Below are positions 8,072 through 15,608 of a DNA stretch of 20,000 nt, in pieces; the first letter of the stretch is position 1, and each line of letters starts with the position of its first letter. Source of the stretch: an uncultured virus (IMG/VR IMGVR_UViG_2541047319_000002) (taxonomy: Duplodnaviria; Heunggongvirae; Uroviricota; Caudoviricetes); IMG/VR virus record IMGVR_UViG_2541047319_000002; one strand, 5' to 3'. Made by a program: the position numbers and the translations under genes. The notes beneath the pieces were generated by a model, which saw only the letters and a list, made by a program, of their open reading frames with translations, ran no database searches and was not told the origin of the DNA.

Positions 8072-9184
8072 ATGAACGCTTTTATAAGAAAAAGAAATAA
8101 AAATTATGTAGTGTACTTAGAATTTAGAGATGATGAATCAGGAAAAAGAAAACAAAAAAATATGGGAGCATTTGATAAAAAAAGAGATGCTAATAAAAGA
8201 TTGGCTGAAGTTAAGGACAGTATATATAAAGATAGTTTTCTTGTGCCAAATGAAATCACTCTAGCTGGATTTTTATTAGACTTTCTTGAAAAATATAAAG
8301 ATAATATTTCAGCATCTACATATAAAAGCTATATTGCTATTTGTAAAAATCATATTAATCCTTCTATTGGAAAATATCGTCTTCAAGAGTTGAGAAATAT
8401 TCATATACAGAATTATATAGATGATTTAGCTGGTAACTTAAACCCTCAAACTATTAAAGTACATATAAATGTATTGAGACTTGCAATAAAGAGAGCTTAT
8501 AGAATTAAATTAATAAAAGAAAATATTATAGATGGAATAGAAAGTCCAAGAATTAAAAAATTTAAAAATGAAATTTATGATAAAGAGCAGATGCTAAAAT
8601 TATTAGAAGTAGCTAAAGGAACTAATCTTGAGCTTCCTATTAGTTTGGCTATAGGTCTAGGATTGAGACTTTCAGAAGTTTTGGGATTAACTTGGGATAA
8701 TATTGATTTTGATGAAAATACAATAACAGTAAATAAGATAACTAGTAGATTAGATGGTTCTGTTATACTTAAAGAGCCAAAGACAGAAAGCTCTGTTAGA
8801 AAAATATTTGCACCAATAGAGCTTATGAATTTACTAAAAAATTATAGGCTGGAGCAGAATAAGAAGTTATTGAGAAGTATTGTTAGAAATGAATATAACT
8901 TACTATTTTTTGATAGAAAAGGGAATCCAATTGCTGAAGATGTAATGAGTAAGAAATTTAGAAAATTCTTAGAGAATAATGACTTGCCTCATATTAGATT
9001 TCATGACTTAAGACATTCGCACGTTACTTTACTTATAAATTCTAAAGTACCTATAAAAGTTATATCTGAAAGGGTAGGACATTCAAATATTAATACTACT
9101 CTTAATGTATATTCTCATGTACTTAAAGAAATGGACAAAGAAGCTTCTGATAGAATATCTGAAAACTTATTTAAGGCTAATTAA
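8072..9184 (+). CDS. int: Tyrosine integrase with N-terminal arm-binding domain
   Basis: GLRLSE, EPKT, FHDLRH, VGHS and NVYSH catalytic motifs; N-terminal GKRKQK...F..KRDA arm-type domain. Confidence 0.95.
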   Translation: MNAFIRKRNKNYVVYLEFRDDESGKRKQKNMGAFDKKRDANKRLAEVKDSIYKDSFLVPNEITLAGFLLDFLEKYKDNISASTYKSYIAICKNHINPSIGKYRLQELRNIHIQNYIDDLAGNLNPQTIKVHINVLRLAIKRAYRIKLIKENIIDGIESPRIKKFKNEIYDKEQMLKLLEVAKGTNLELPISLAIGLGLRLSEVLGLTWDNIDFDENTITVNKITSRLDGSVILKEPKTESSVRKIFAPIELMNLLKNYRLEQNKKLLRSIVRNEYNLLFFDRKGNPIAEDVMSKKFRKFLENNDLPHIRFHDLRHSHVTLLINSKVPIKVISERVGHSNINTTLNVYSHVLKEMDKEASDRISENLFKAN

Positions 9185-9321
9185 TAATTATCATCAATAA
9201 ATACAAAATTAATAATAAAAGCAAAGGTATAAACATAAAGGGGAATTTTTACAAAGCCTTAGAATGGCATATAGAGCGTCAGATTTTAGAAGATATTAAA
9301 ATTTTATATTTCCAATATTTA

Positions 9322-9330
9322 TGATATAAT
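9322..9330 (+). promoter_or_regulatory. Extended -10 promoter of the type I toxin mRNA
   Basis: TGATATAAT about 90 nt upstream of the toxin ATG. Confidence 0.65.
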
Positions 9331-9420
9331 AAACATAGCAAGGAATAAATATTTGAAAAAAGCTGTGAGTGGTGTTTCCATAGAAATTTCCTCACTTTCT
9401 TATGAAAGGAGGTGAAAACT

Positions 9421-9555
9421 ATGGAAAATCTAATGATGAGTATTATAGCTGGTGTTATAGCTAGTTATATCTACGATAAATTAAAATGCCACTCTGAGCG
9501 ACCAACTAAGAGTGGCTGGGAACTTAATATTAAGTTCCATAAAAACAAACATTAA
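9421..9555 (+). CDS. Type I toxin-antitoxin toxin, 44 aa (MENLMMSIIAGVIASYIYDKLKCHSERPTKSGWELNIKFHKNKH); not in the ORF track
   Basis: Strong RBS AAAGGAGGTGA, N-terminal hydrophobic helix and basic tail as in C. difficile prophage type I toxins; anti-SD hairpin and long-range UTR pairing. Confidence 0.85.
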   Translation: MENLMMSIIAGVIASYIYDKLKCHSERPTKSGWELNIKFHKNKH

Positions 9556-9605
9556 TAACTAATTAATGGAAACATCACTCAAAGTTAAGTAAAATATGTT
9601 TCCTT
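9480..9605 (-). ncRNA. Putative antisense antitoxin RNA (RCd-like); ends approximate
   Basis: Minus-strand TGGTATAAT at 9612-9620; hairpin GCCACTCT/AGAGTGGC (9488-9516) followed on the minus strand by a T-rich tail; overlaps the toxin 3' half. Confidence 0.7.
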
Positions 9606-9760
9606 GCTTTTATTATACCACAAATTAAGAATATTAAAACAAAATTTTGTAAATACATACTTAATTATCAATTTAATCATTTGGAAAAAATTGGATTTGA
9701 TTGTATGAAATTATTGCTGTAATATTTAAATTAAATAAACAAATGATGGGAGAGATAATT

Positions 9761-10138
9761 ATGTATTTAAGAAAATTATCAAAGTCAGAATTAATTGTAA
9801 TGAAATTTATATGGAATTTAGATACAAAAGTAAAATCATATCAAATCATTAATTATATGAAAGAAAAATATAGTTGGTCAGAAAAAACAACATTAAAAAC
9901 TTTATCTAAGTTATCAAATAAAAGGTTCATATATGTTCAAGAAACAAGTCAATGTACATACTATACAATTTCAATTAAAGAAGATAAGTATCATGAATTT
10001 ATATCACAAAAAATACATAAGCTCTTAGGGTGCAATTCTATAAAAAGCCTTTTAGCATCATTGTTTCAAGAAGAATTAACAGATGAAAAAATAACTTCAT
10101 TGGAAGAATGGGTAAAAAACTGGGAAGAAGAGGAATAA
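9761..10138 (+). CDS. BlaI/MecI/CopY-family transcriptional regulator
   Basis: KLSKSEL.VMKFIW, WS.KT....LSKL..K.F wHTH pattern; ATG at 9761 after GGGAGAG preferred over the track start at 9701. Confidence 0.88.
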   Translation: MYLRKLSKSELIVMKFIWNLDTKVKSYQIINYMKEKYSWSEKTTLKTLSKLSNKRFIYVQETSQCTYYTISIKEDKYHEFISQKIHKLLGCNSIKSLLASLFQEELTDEKITSLEEWVKNWEEEE

Positions 10139-10228
10139 AGATAATATATACTATTCCTTAAAAATCTATTTAAAGAATAATTGAAATTTTGATTTTAATA
10201 TAATTTCTTTAATCAACTCTAACATACA

Positions 10229-10270
10229 AAAATAAGACTCTTTTCAATATTAACTAAAGAGCCTTATTTT
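10229..10270 (-). terminator. Intrinsic terminator of the CWB2 gene, possibly bidirectional
   Basis: AAAATAAGACTCTTT ... AAAGAGCCTTATTTT; the one mismatch is a G-U pair on the minus-strand RNA. Confidence 0.7.
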
Positions 10271-10278
10271 ATAATTGA

Positions 10279-11541
10279 TTATATTTTAGTTAACTTTTGT
10301 GTATCAAAACTATACTCATATACTTCTAATGTTTCAGAATTTACAATTAGAGTTCCTACTGTTTTAATGCTATCTTCTTTATCAGTATAAGTATCAGAAC
10401 CATCAGTGCTAGATTCATCTTGTTTAACATTTTTAACACTGATTATTTCAAACTCATAGTGTGGAAAATCTATATTTTCAGCTTTTTTATATCTTGAGTT
10501 ACCATAATTATATGTATAACAATATTCATGTGCTTTTGAACCTTTTGCTTTATATATAGCATCTAAAGCTTTTGAGATGTCACTTCTTTTAGTATTACCA
10601 GTTAACATATAATCTGGAGTTAAGCATTGGTCTAAAATTTCATTTTTTATATCACCTATTATTATTGGGAAATTAGCACTAGTAACTAATGATTTGTCAT
10701 TAGTTTCATTTACTAAAAATACAGGATATTCTTTGTGTATTGTAGAAGATAATAGTGCATCTATTAAATTATCAGAACTTACAATACATATTTGATTTGG
10801 ATGTTTTAATTCATCTTTATAAAAATGCTTAATTATTTTTTCATTAGTGTCAAGTCTATCAACACCACCAATTCTAGTTGCTTTTGTACTGTTCACTAAA
10901 GAGTCGTTTATTGATGCTGTTCCTCCAATAGCATATGTTTTTACCCCATCTGTTTTAAATGGTATATTCTTTCCATTTGTTAATACAACTGGATTTTTAT
11001 ATTTAGCAGCAACTGGAGATATACTTATAGAATCAGCTTCTCCTTGATAAGCATTTGTAAAATATACTTCATCAACCTTTTTTAGATAACTTATCTCTTT
11101 TGCAACATTGTAACTTGTGTCGATTCTGTCTTTGCCTTCTATCCTAATAACCTTTATTTTTTTGTTTTTTAGTATATTTTCTACATTTTTGCTTATAGAA
11201 TTAACTCCGCCTATTAAATAGATTTTTTTAAATTTATCTAATCTTTTAAGAGTAGAATTTGGTATAGAATTTTGTTTAGTAAGTAATATCGGCGAGTTAG
11301 AAGCTCCAGCTAAACCACTTGCACTTAATCCATCTGCAAGACTTTTATCTGTATTTATAATTATTGCTTGAGTGTACTTTCTTCTGTCAGCTATTAAACC
11401 TGCTGTTTCATACTTATTTGCTCCTTGTATTCTATGAGCTGGACGTCTAAATTTTAGTTCTTTAGCTGAAACTAATAATGTACTAGACATGACAATAGAA
11501 AATATTATAGCTAAGGTTAATACTTTTCTTTTGAATTTCAT
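10279..11541 (-). CDS. Secreted cell wall protein with three CWB2 (cell wall binding 2) repeats and an unassigned C-terminal domain
   Basis: Signal peptide MKFKRKVLTLAIIFS...VSA; RIQG.NKYETA, ADGLSA...PILLT, RIEGKDRIDTS and RIGGVDRLDTN repeats; ATG at 11541 after GGGAGG. Confidence 0.92.
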   Translation of the reverse strand: MKFKRKVLTLAIIFSIVMSSTLLVSAKELKFRRPAHRIQGANKYETAGLIADRRKYTQAIIINTDKSLADGLSASGLAGASNSPILLTKQNSIPNSTLKRLDKFKKIYLIGGVNSISKNVENILKNKKIKVIRIEGKDRIDTSYNVAKEISYLKKVDEVYFTNAYQGEADSISISPVAAKYKNPVVLTNGKNIPFKTDGVKTYAIGGTASINDSLVNSTKATRIGGVDRLDTNEKIIKHFYKDELKHPNQICIVSSDNLIDALLSSTIHKEYPVFLVNETNDKSLVTSANFPIIIGDIKNEILDQCLTPDYMLTGNTKRSDISKALDAIYKAKGSKAHEYCYTYNYGNSRYKKAENIDFPHYEFEIISVKNVKQDESSTDGSDTYTDKEDSIKTVGTLIVNSETLEVYEYSFDTQKLTKI

Positions 11542-11711
11542 ATTGTAAAATCCTCCCATCCTTTTATACTATAAATGGTAGTGTATATTGTTTTAGTTGT
11601 CAACTCTCTCTACATACTTTGTTGTATTATAATTTATAAGTTGATATTTTGTAAAAATAAGGATATTATTTAAGTAGAATATAATTACTATTTTTACAAG
11701 GAGGTTGTGAT

Positions 11712-12482
11712 TTGAGTAGGTATTCTCCTCAAACAAAATATTTTGAAATAGCAGTTAAGTTTAAAAAAGTTAACACATTTTTATTTTGGGTATTTTTTAT
11801 TTTATCAATAATATTCACCTTTCAAAATAATAATAATTTAATAACTTGTTTTAGTATTATCTCTCTTATAATACTAAACATGCTTGATATCTTTATTTGT
11901 AACTATCAAGAAAAAGGAGAATCTAAGAGAAGGAATGATTTTATTGACAACTCATTTGATTGTAAATATTCTACACATAACTCAATAGAATATTATGATA
12001 ATGATGAAATACATTATGGATTATATAAAGCTCTTGTCAATGTATATCAAAATGCTTTTTTCTCTAAAGAAATTTTATCTTATACAAGAAAATTTATAAT
12101 AATAAAAAATGTAATACCATGTATGATAATAGTTATATTTTCATTTATAGGATTCTCAAATAGTAATTTTGCTTTGCCTATATTGCAATTATTTTTCTCA
12201 AAATATTTTATATTAGACTTAATAAATACTTCTGGATATTTAAAAAATGTAGAATCGGTATTTGATAGCATAACAGATATGTTTGAGACTGGTCTGGTTG
12301 CAAAAAAAGATAACAAGGTAGAATCTAAAATAATAAAAGTTTTAATAAACTATGAAACTAATATCTCTAGTTCAAAGATATTTTTAAATTCTAAAGTATA
12401 TAAAAAAATGAACCCTGAATTAACAGGAGAATGGGATAAAATAAAAAAAAGATATAATATAAAAGAGGTGTCAAATATTTGA
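11712..12482 (+). CDS. Four-transmembrane CBASS-type effector (SMODS-associated 4TM, Cap16-like)
   Basis: Two pairs of hydrophobic helices separated by a soluble segment; TTG start after GAGG; stop overlaps the CD-NTase start. Confidence 0.72.
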   Translation: MSRYSPQTKYFEIAVKFKKVNTFLFWVFFILSIIFTFQNNNNLITCFSIISLIILNMLDIFICNYQEKGESKRRNDFIDNSFDCKYSTHNSIEYYDNDEIHYGLYKALVNVYQNAFFSKEILSYTRKFIIIKNVIPCMIIVIFSFIGFSNSNFALPILQLFFSKYFILDLINTSGYLKNVESVFDSITDMFETGLVAKKDNKVESKIIKVLINYETNISSSKIFLNSKVYKKMNPELTGEWDKIKKRYNIKEVSNI

Positions 12483-13291
12483 GTGTAAATAGTTATTTAG
12501 AAAATCTATCTCATGAATTAATAATAAGAGATAATGAAAAGGAAAATATAAAAAAATCAATAGAAGTTATTAAGAGTAGGTTAAAATCATATTTTGGAAA
12601 CAATATTGTAGAAACATTTTGTTTTGGCTCTTATACCAGAGGAACTATGCTGCCTAGAAAAGTAAATGAAAATTCGGATGTAGATTACATGGTAGTTTTT
12701 TCAAATAGTTTTTTATATGCTCCACAGACTTTACTAAATAAACTTAGAGATTTTGTGAGAACATATTACTCTAAGTCTGAAATATACCAGTCTAATCCAA
12801 CAATAGTCTTAGAGTTGAATCATATAAAATTTGAATTAGTTCCAGCATATTCTAATAATATGTATCTTTGGCAAGAAAATCACTATAGAATACCTGCAAA
12901 AGCCTCTAATTATAACGACTGGATAGATACATGTCCAGATGATATTAATAGTAGATTGACTAGACTAAATGTTGAATCAAATAATAAATTAAAACCTGCA
13001 ATACGAATAATTAAATATTGGAATTCTTTAAACAATAATGTTTATAGTTCATATGAACTTGAAAGTGCAATTTTAGAAAATATGCATTGTTATTGGAGAA
13101 CATCTATTCAGGATTATTTTACAGCTATAACAGAATCTTTAATTTATAATTTCGGTACACCATCATGGAAGGTTGATAAAATCTCTTCTCTTAAAAAATG
13201 GTATAATCATGCATTAAAAGAAGAATATATTTGGAGAAATTATATACAATCTAATTTATATATGGAAAATATTTTACCTTCAATAAAATAA
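12479..13291 (+). CDS. SMODS-domain nucleotidyltransferase (cGAS/DncV-like CD-NTase)
   Basis: FGSYTRGT, SDVDY, FELVPA, W..T.P, K..IR..KYWN and SYELE motifs. Confidence 0.9.
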   Translation: MSVNSYLENLSHELIIRDNEKENIKKSIEVIKSRLKSYFGNNIVETFCFGSYTRGTMLPRKVNENSDVDYMVVFSNSFLYAPQTLLNKLRDFVRTYYSKSEIYQSNPTIVLELNHIKFELVPAYSNNMYLWQENHYRIPAKASNYNDWIDTCPDDINSRLTRLNVESNNKLKPAIRIIKYWNSLNNNVYSSYELESAILENMHCYWRTSIQDYFTAITESLIYNFGTPSWKVDKISSLKKWYNHALKEEYIWRNYIQSNLYMENILPSIK

Positions 13292-13313
13292 AATATAGTA
13301 TTATAGATAGACA

Positions 13314-13368
13314 AAAAAAATAAAGCCCTTTAAAGAAAACTCATTTAAGAGTAATCCTTAAAGGGCTT
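13314..13368. terminator. Terminator hairpin between convergent transcripts
   Basis: AAGCCCTTTAA (13323-13333) pairs with TTAAAGGGCTT (13358-13368); A-tract at 13314-13320. Confidence 0.7.
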
Positions 13369-13373
13369 ATTAG

Positions 13374-13415
13374 CTATCTCTTTTTCTTACCTTTTTTGCT
13401 ACCTTTACATGCCAT
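13374..13415 (-). CDS. 13-aa basic micro-ORF MACKGSKKGKKKR; not in the ORF track
   Basis: RBS-like GAAAGGAAGTGG just upstream of the ATG; fills the gap between the recombinase stop and the terminator. Confidence 0.55.
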   Translation of the reverse strand: MACKGSKKGKKKR

Positions 13416-13434
13416 GATACCACTTCCTTTCAAT

Positions 13435-14379
13435 TTACATAAACTTATCATATTCCTCAGCTAATTTATTTTTATTTTCTATTGTGTAGTGATTTATAGT
13501 TACATCAACCCCACTGTGGCCAAGCAATTTTGAAACTGTAGTTATTGGAACTCCTCTGTCTTTTAAAAGATTAGACATACTATGTCTAAGGTCATGATTA
13601 TATCCACCTTCTATACCAATTAACCTGAAAGCTTTTTTAACCCATGAACTTAAGACATTTGAATTGACTTGATTGTATTTGCCTCCATATCTTGTAAAGA
13701 ATATATACGGATAATCTATATTATTTTGAGATAGATAATCCTTCCATTCTATTAATAGATGCTGGACTTCTTCTGAAAATCTAAAATCTCTTGAAACTCC
13801 ACCTTTGGCTGTAATACCATGAATCCATCTATTATCTAAATCTATATTGTCCCATCTAAATTGACTTATCTCATTACTTCTAGCCATTGTAGCCAATCCT
13901 AAATTTATATAAACTTCTAACTGTAAATTGTCTTGCTCTGAAAGCTTTTCTTTTAATTTGCTTAACTGTTCTTCAGTTAAAAAAGTTCTTTTCTGAACTT
14001 CTTCGCCTGTTCCTGGTCTTTCTATCATTTCACACCAGTTGTCAGTAATTTTCCTCTTCTTCTTTAAAAAGGATAGTAATGATGAAATTGAACTTATTCT
14101 ACGTCTAATTCTTTTTTCATTATTTCCATGTTCCATACAATAACCTATATAAGCTTCTATTTCTTCTTCATTTATATCAGTTAGTAATGCATCAAAACAT
14201 TCTATATTTAAAAACTTAAAAAATTGCATTATATCACATTCATAATTATATATTGTTTTTTCACTTTTCCCAGCTATTTGTTTTGCTCTTTTGTATTGCT
14301 TCCATAATTTAATATTCTCTGGATTTAGTTCTCCATTTATGCTTATTCTTTTACTGCGTTGTTTTGCCAAATACTTCAC
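13435..14379 (-). CDS. Xer-like tyrosine recombinase without arm-binding domain
   Basis: ARSNEI, AKGG, HDLRH, LGHS and NHY motifs; KS..TI.NY N-terminal domain; true start probably TTG at 14370 after AAGGAAGTGA. Confidence 0.92.
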   Translation of the reverse strand: MKYLAKQRSKRISINGELNPENIKLWKQYKRAKQIAGKSEKTIYNYECDIMQFFKFLNIECFDALLTDINEEEIEAYIGYCMEHGNNEKRIRRRISSISSLLSFLKKKRKITDNWCEMIERPGTGEEVQKRTFLTEEQLSKLKEKLSEQDNLQLEVYINLGLATMARSNEISQFRWDNIDLDNRWIHGITAKGGVSRDFRFSEEVQHLLIEWKDYLSQNNIDYPYIFFTRYGGKYNQVNSNVLSSWVKKAFRLIGIEGGYNHDLRHSMSNLLKDRGVPITTVSKLLGHSGVDVTINHYTIENKNKLAEEYDKFM

Positions 14380-14387
14380 TTCCTTAT

Positions 14388-14418
14388 AAAAAAGACTAGA
14401 GAAATTAATCTCTAGTCT
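14388..14418 (-). terminator. Terminator overlapping the holin stop codon, upstream of the recombinase
   Basis: AGACTAGAGA-AATTAA-TCTCTAGTCT, with a T-tract following on the minus strand. Confidence 0.7.
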
Positions 14419-14716
14419 CTAATTTATCTTTAATTTTTGTTATGTCTGTTTCAACTCTTTCAAGTCTACTGTTATTAGTATTTAATGCTTCAGCAAATTT
14501 ATCTAATTTATCATCAAACTTATCTATTGTATTACCAAATAAAGTTCTCTGCTCTTTAATTTCTCTTGAAAAATAAGCTCTTTCTTTTTTTCTATCATCC
14601 TGCTCTAGTTGTCTATTCTTTTCTAAATATCTGCCAAACCATAACATTACTACTGTAAGTAGTATGGCTGTATATCCATATTGGCTTAATAATTCAATCA
14701 TTTCTTTAGATAACAT
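14405..14716 (-). CDS. BhlA/UviB-like holin
   Basis: E...LLSQ.G..A.L, single TM helix, then coiled coil ending RLERVE.DI..IK. Confidence 0.7.
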   Translation of the reverse strand: MLSKEMIELLSQYGYTAILLTVVMLWFGRYLEKNRQLEQDDRKKERAYFSREIKEQRTLFGNTIDKFDDKLDKFAEALNTNNSRLERVETDITKIKDKLETRD

Positions 14717-14968
14717 CTACTTTTCCTTTCTGTTTTGTACTTGTATTTGATTTATTCCTATAGATGCTCCCCAACATAAAATACCTTCAAAAACAGCTTC
14801 TATTGACAGCTCTTTCATAAACAAACAACTGCTTATCATTGCTATAACTAACAATATAAAAGGTATGTATTTATTTTTAATATTAGATTCTTTTATAAAT
14901 GTTCCTAATATGTAAAGCCCACCTATTAACATTATTAAATTTTCAGGTATAAATTGCATTATATCCAT
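14717..14968 (-). CDS. Phage holin
   Basis: 83 aa, hydrophobic helices, K..NKYIP.IL and GILC.G.....NQ pattern; adjacent to lysins. Confidence 0.85.
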   Translation of the reverse strand: MDIMQFIPENLIMLIGGLYILGTFIKESNIKNKYIPFILLVIAMISSCLFMKELSIEAVFEGILCWGASIGINQIQVQNRKEK

Positions 14969-14979
14969 GTGATTTCCTC

Positions 14980-15597
14980 CTATCCAAGAATCTCATTTAA
15001 TTCTTTTACTTTAGTTTTTATTTGCTCTAATTTTACATCATTGTTTTCTACCTTCATTGAACTTATCTTATTACATATATTTATTATGTTTTGGCCATAA
15101 TTCATATCTGGACACCATTTGCCTGATAAACTTTCTACTGTTTTAGCTTCTCCATGTAAATATGGAAAATGTCTAGGGTCTAATGTAGTTCCATTTACTT
15201 TATATTCAACTTTACCAACTAATTCACTATATTTTGGATATCCCTTAGCTCCAGCATATAATGCTAGATGGTCAATAAATGCTGATACTCCATCCTCCCA
15301 ACAATTAAATCTTGTATGAGCTGTTGGGTCTAAATCTCCTCCACCTTTATTTCCTTTAAGACCACACACATTGCAATAAGAAGGATTTAAAACTCTACCA
15401 AAATTAAAATATCCAGTTTCTACAAATGCTTGAGCAATTGCAATAACTGGATTTACACCTTTTTTCTCTGCTTCTTTATATATAATTGGTACTATAGCTC
15501 TGCATAAAAAATGTGGTGGATTAGAGTTATTTTTTAATGTGTCTAAATACGAAAAGACTTGTTCTAATGTAGCTGTTGATTTATCTAATATATTCAA
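14980..15597 (-). CDS. Glucosaminidase-family (GH73-like) lysin
   Basis: GVNP.IAIAQA..ETGY, N.CGLK, F..WEDGV.A...HL..YA and L.GKW..D..YG motifs. Confidence 0.88.
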   Translation of the reverse strand: MNILDKSTATLEQVFSYLDTLKNNSNPPHFLCRAIVPIIYKEAEKKGVNPVIAIAQAFVETGYFNFGRVLNPSYCNVCGLKGNKGGGDLDPTAHTRFNCWEDGVSAFIDHLALYAGAKGYPKYSELVGKVEYKVNGTTLDPRHFPYLHGEAKTVESLSGKWCPDMNYGQNIINICNKISSMKVENNDVKLEQIKTKVKELNEILG

Positions 15598-15608
15598 TTC
15601 ATTACCTC

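Noticed and set aside
9560..9700. c-di-GMP riboswitch upstream of the antitoxin, as at some C. difficile TA loci
   Set aside because: No recognisable riboswitch motif; the promoter abuts the antitoxin directly
14699..14716. Holin dual-start motif (MLSKEM)
   Set aside because: Two Met codons are present, but nothing in the sequence independently supports use of both starts
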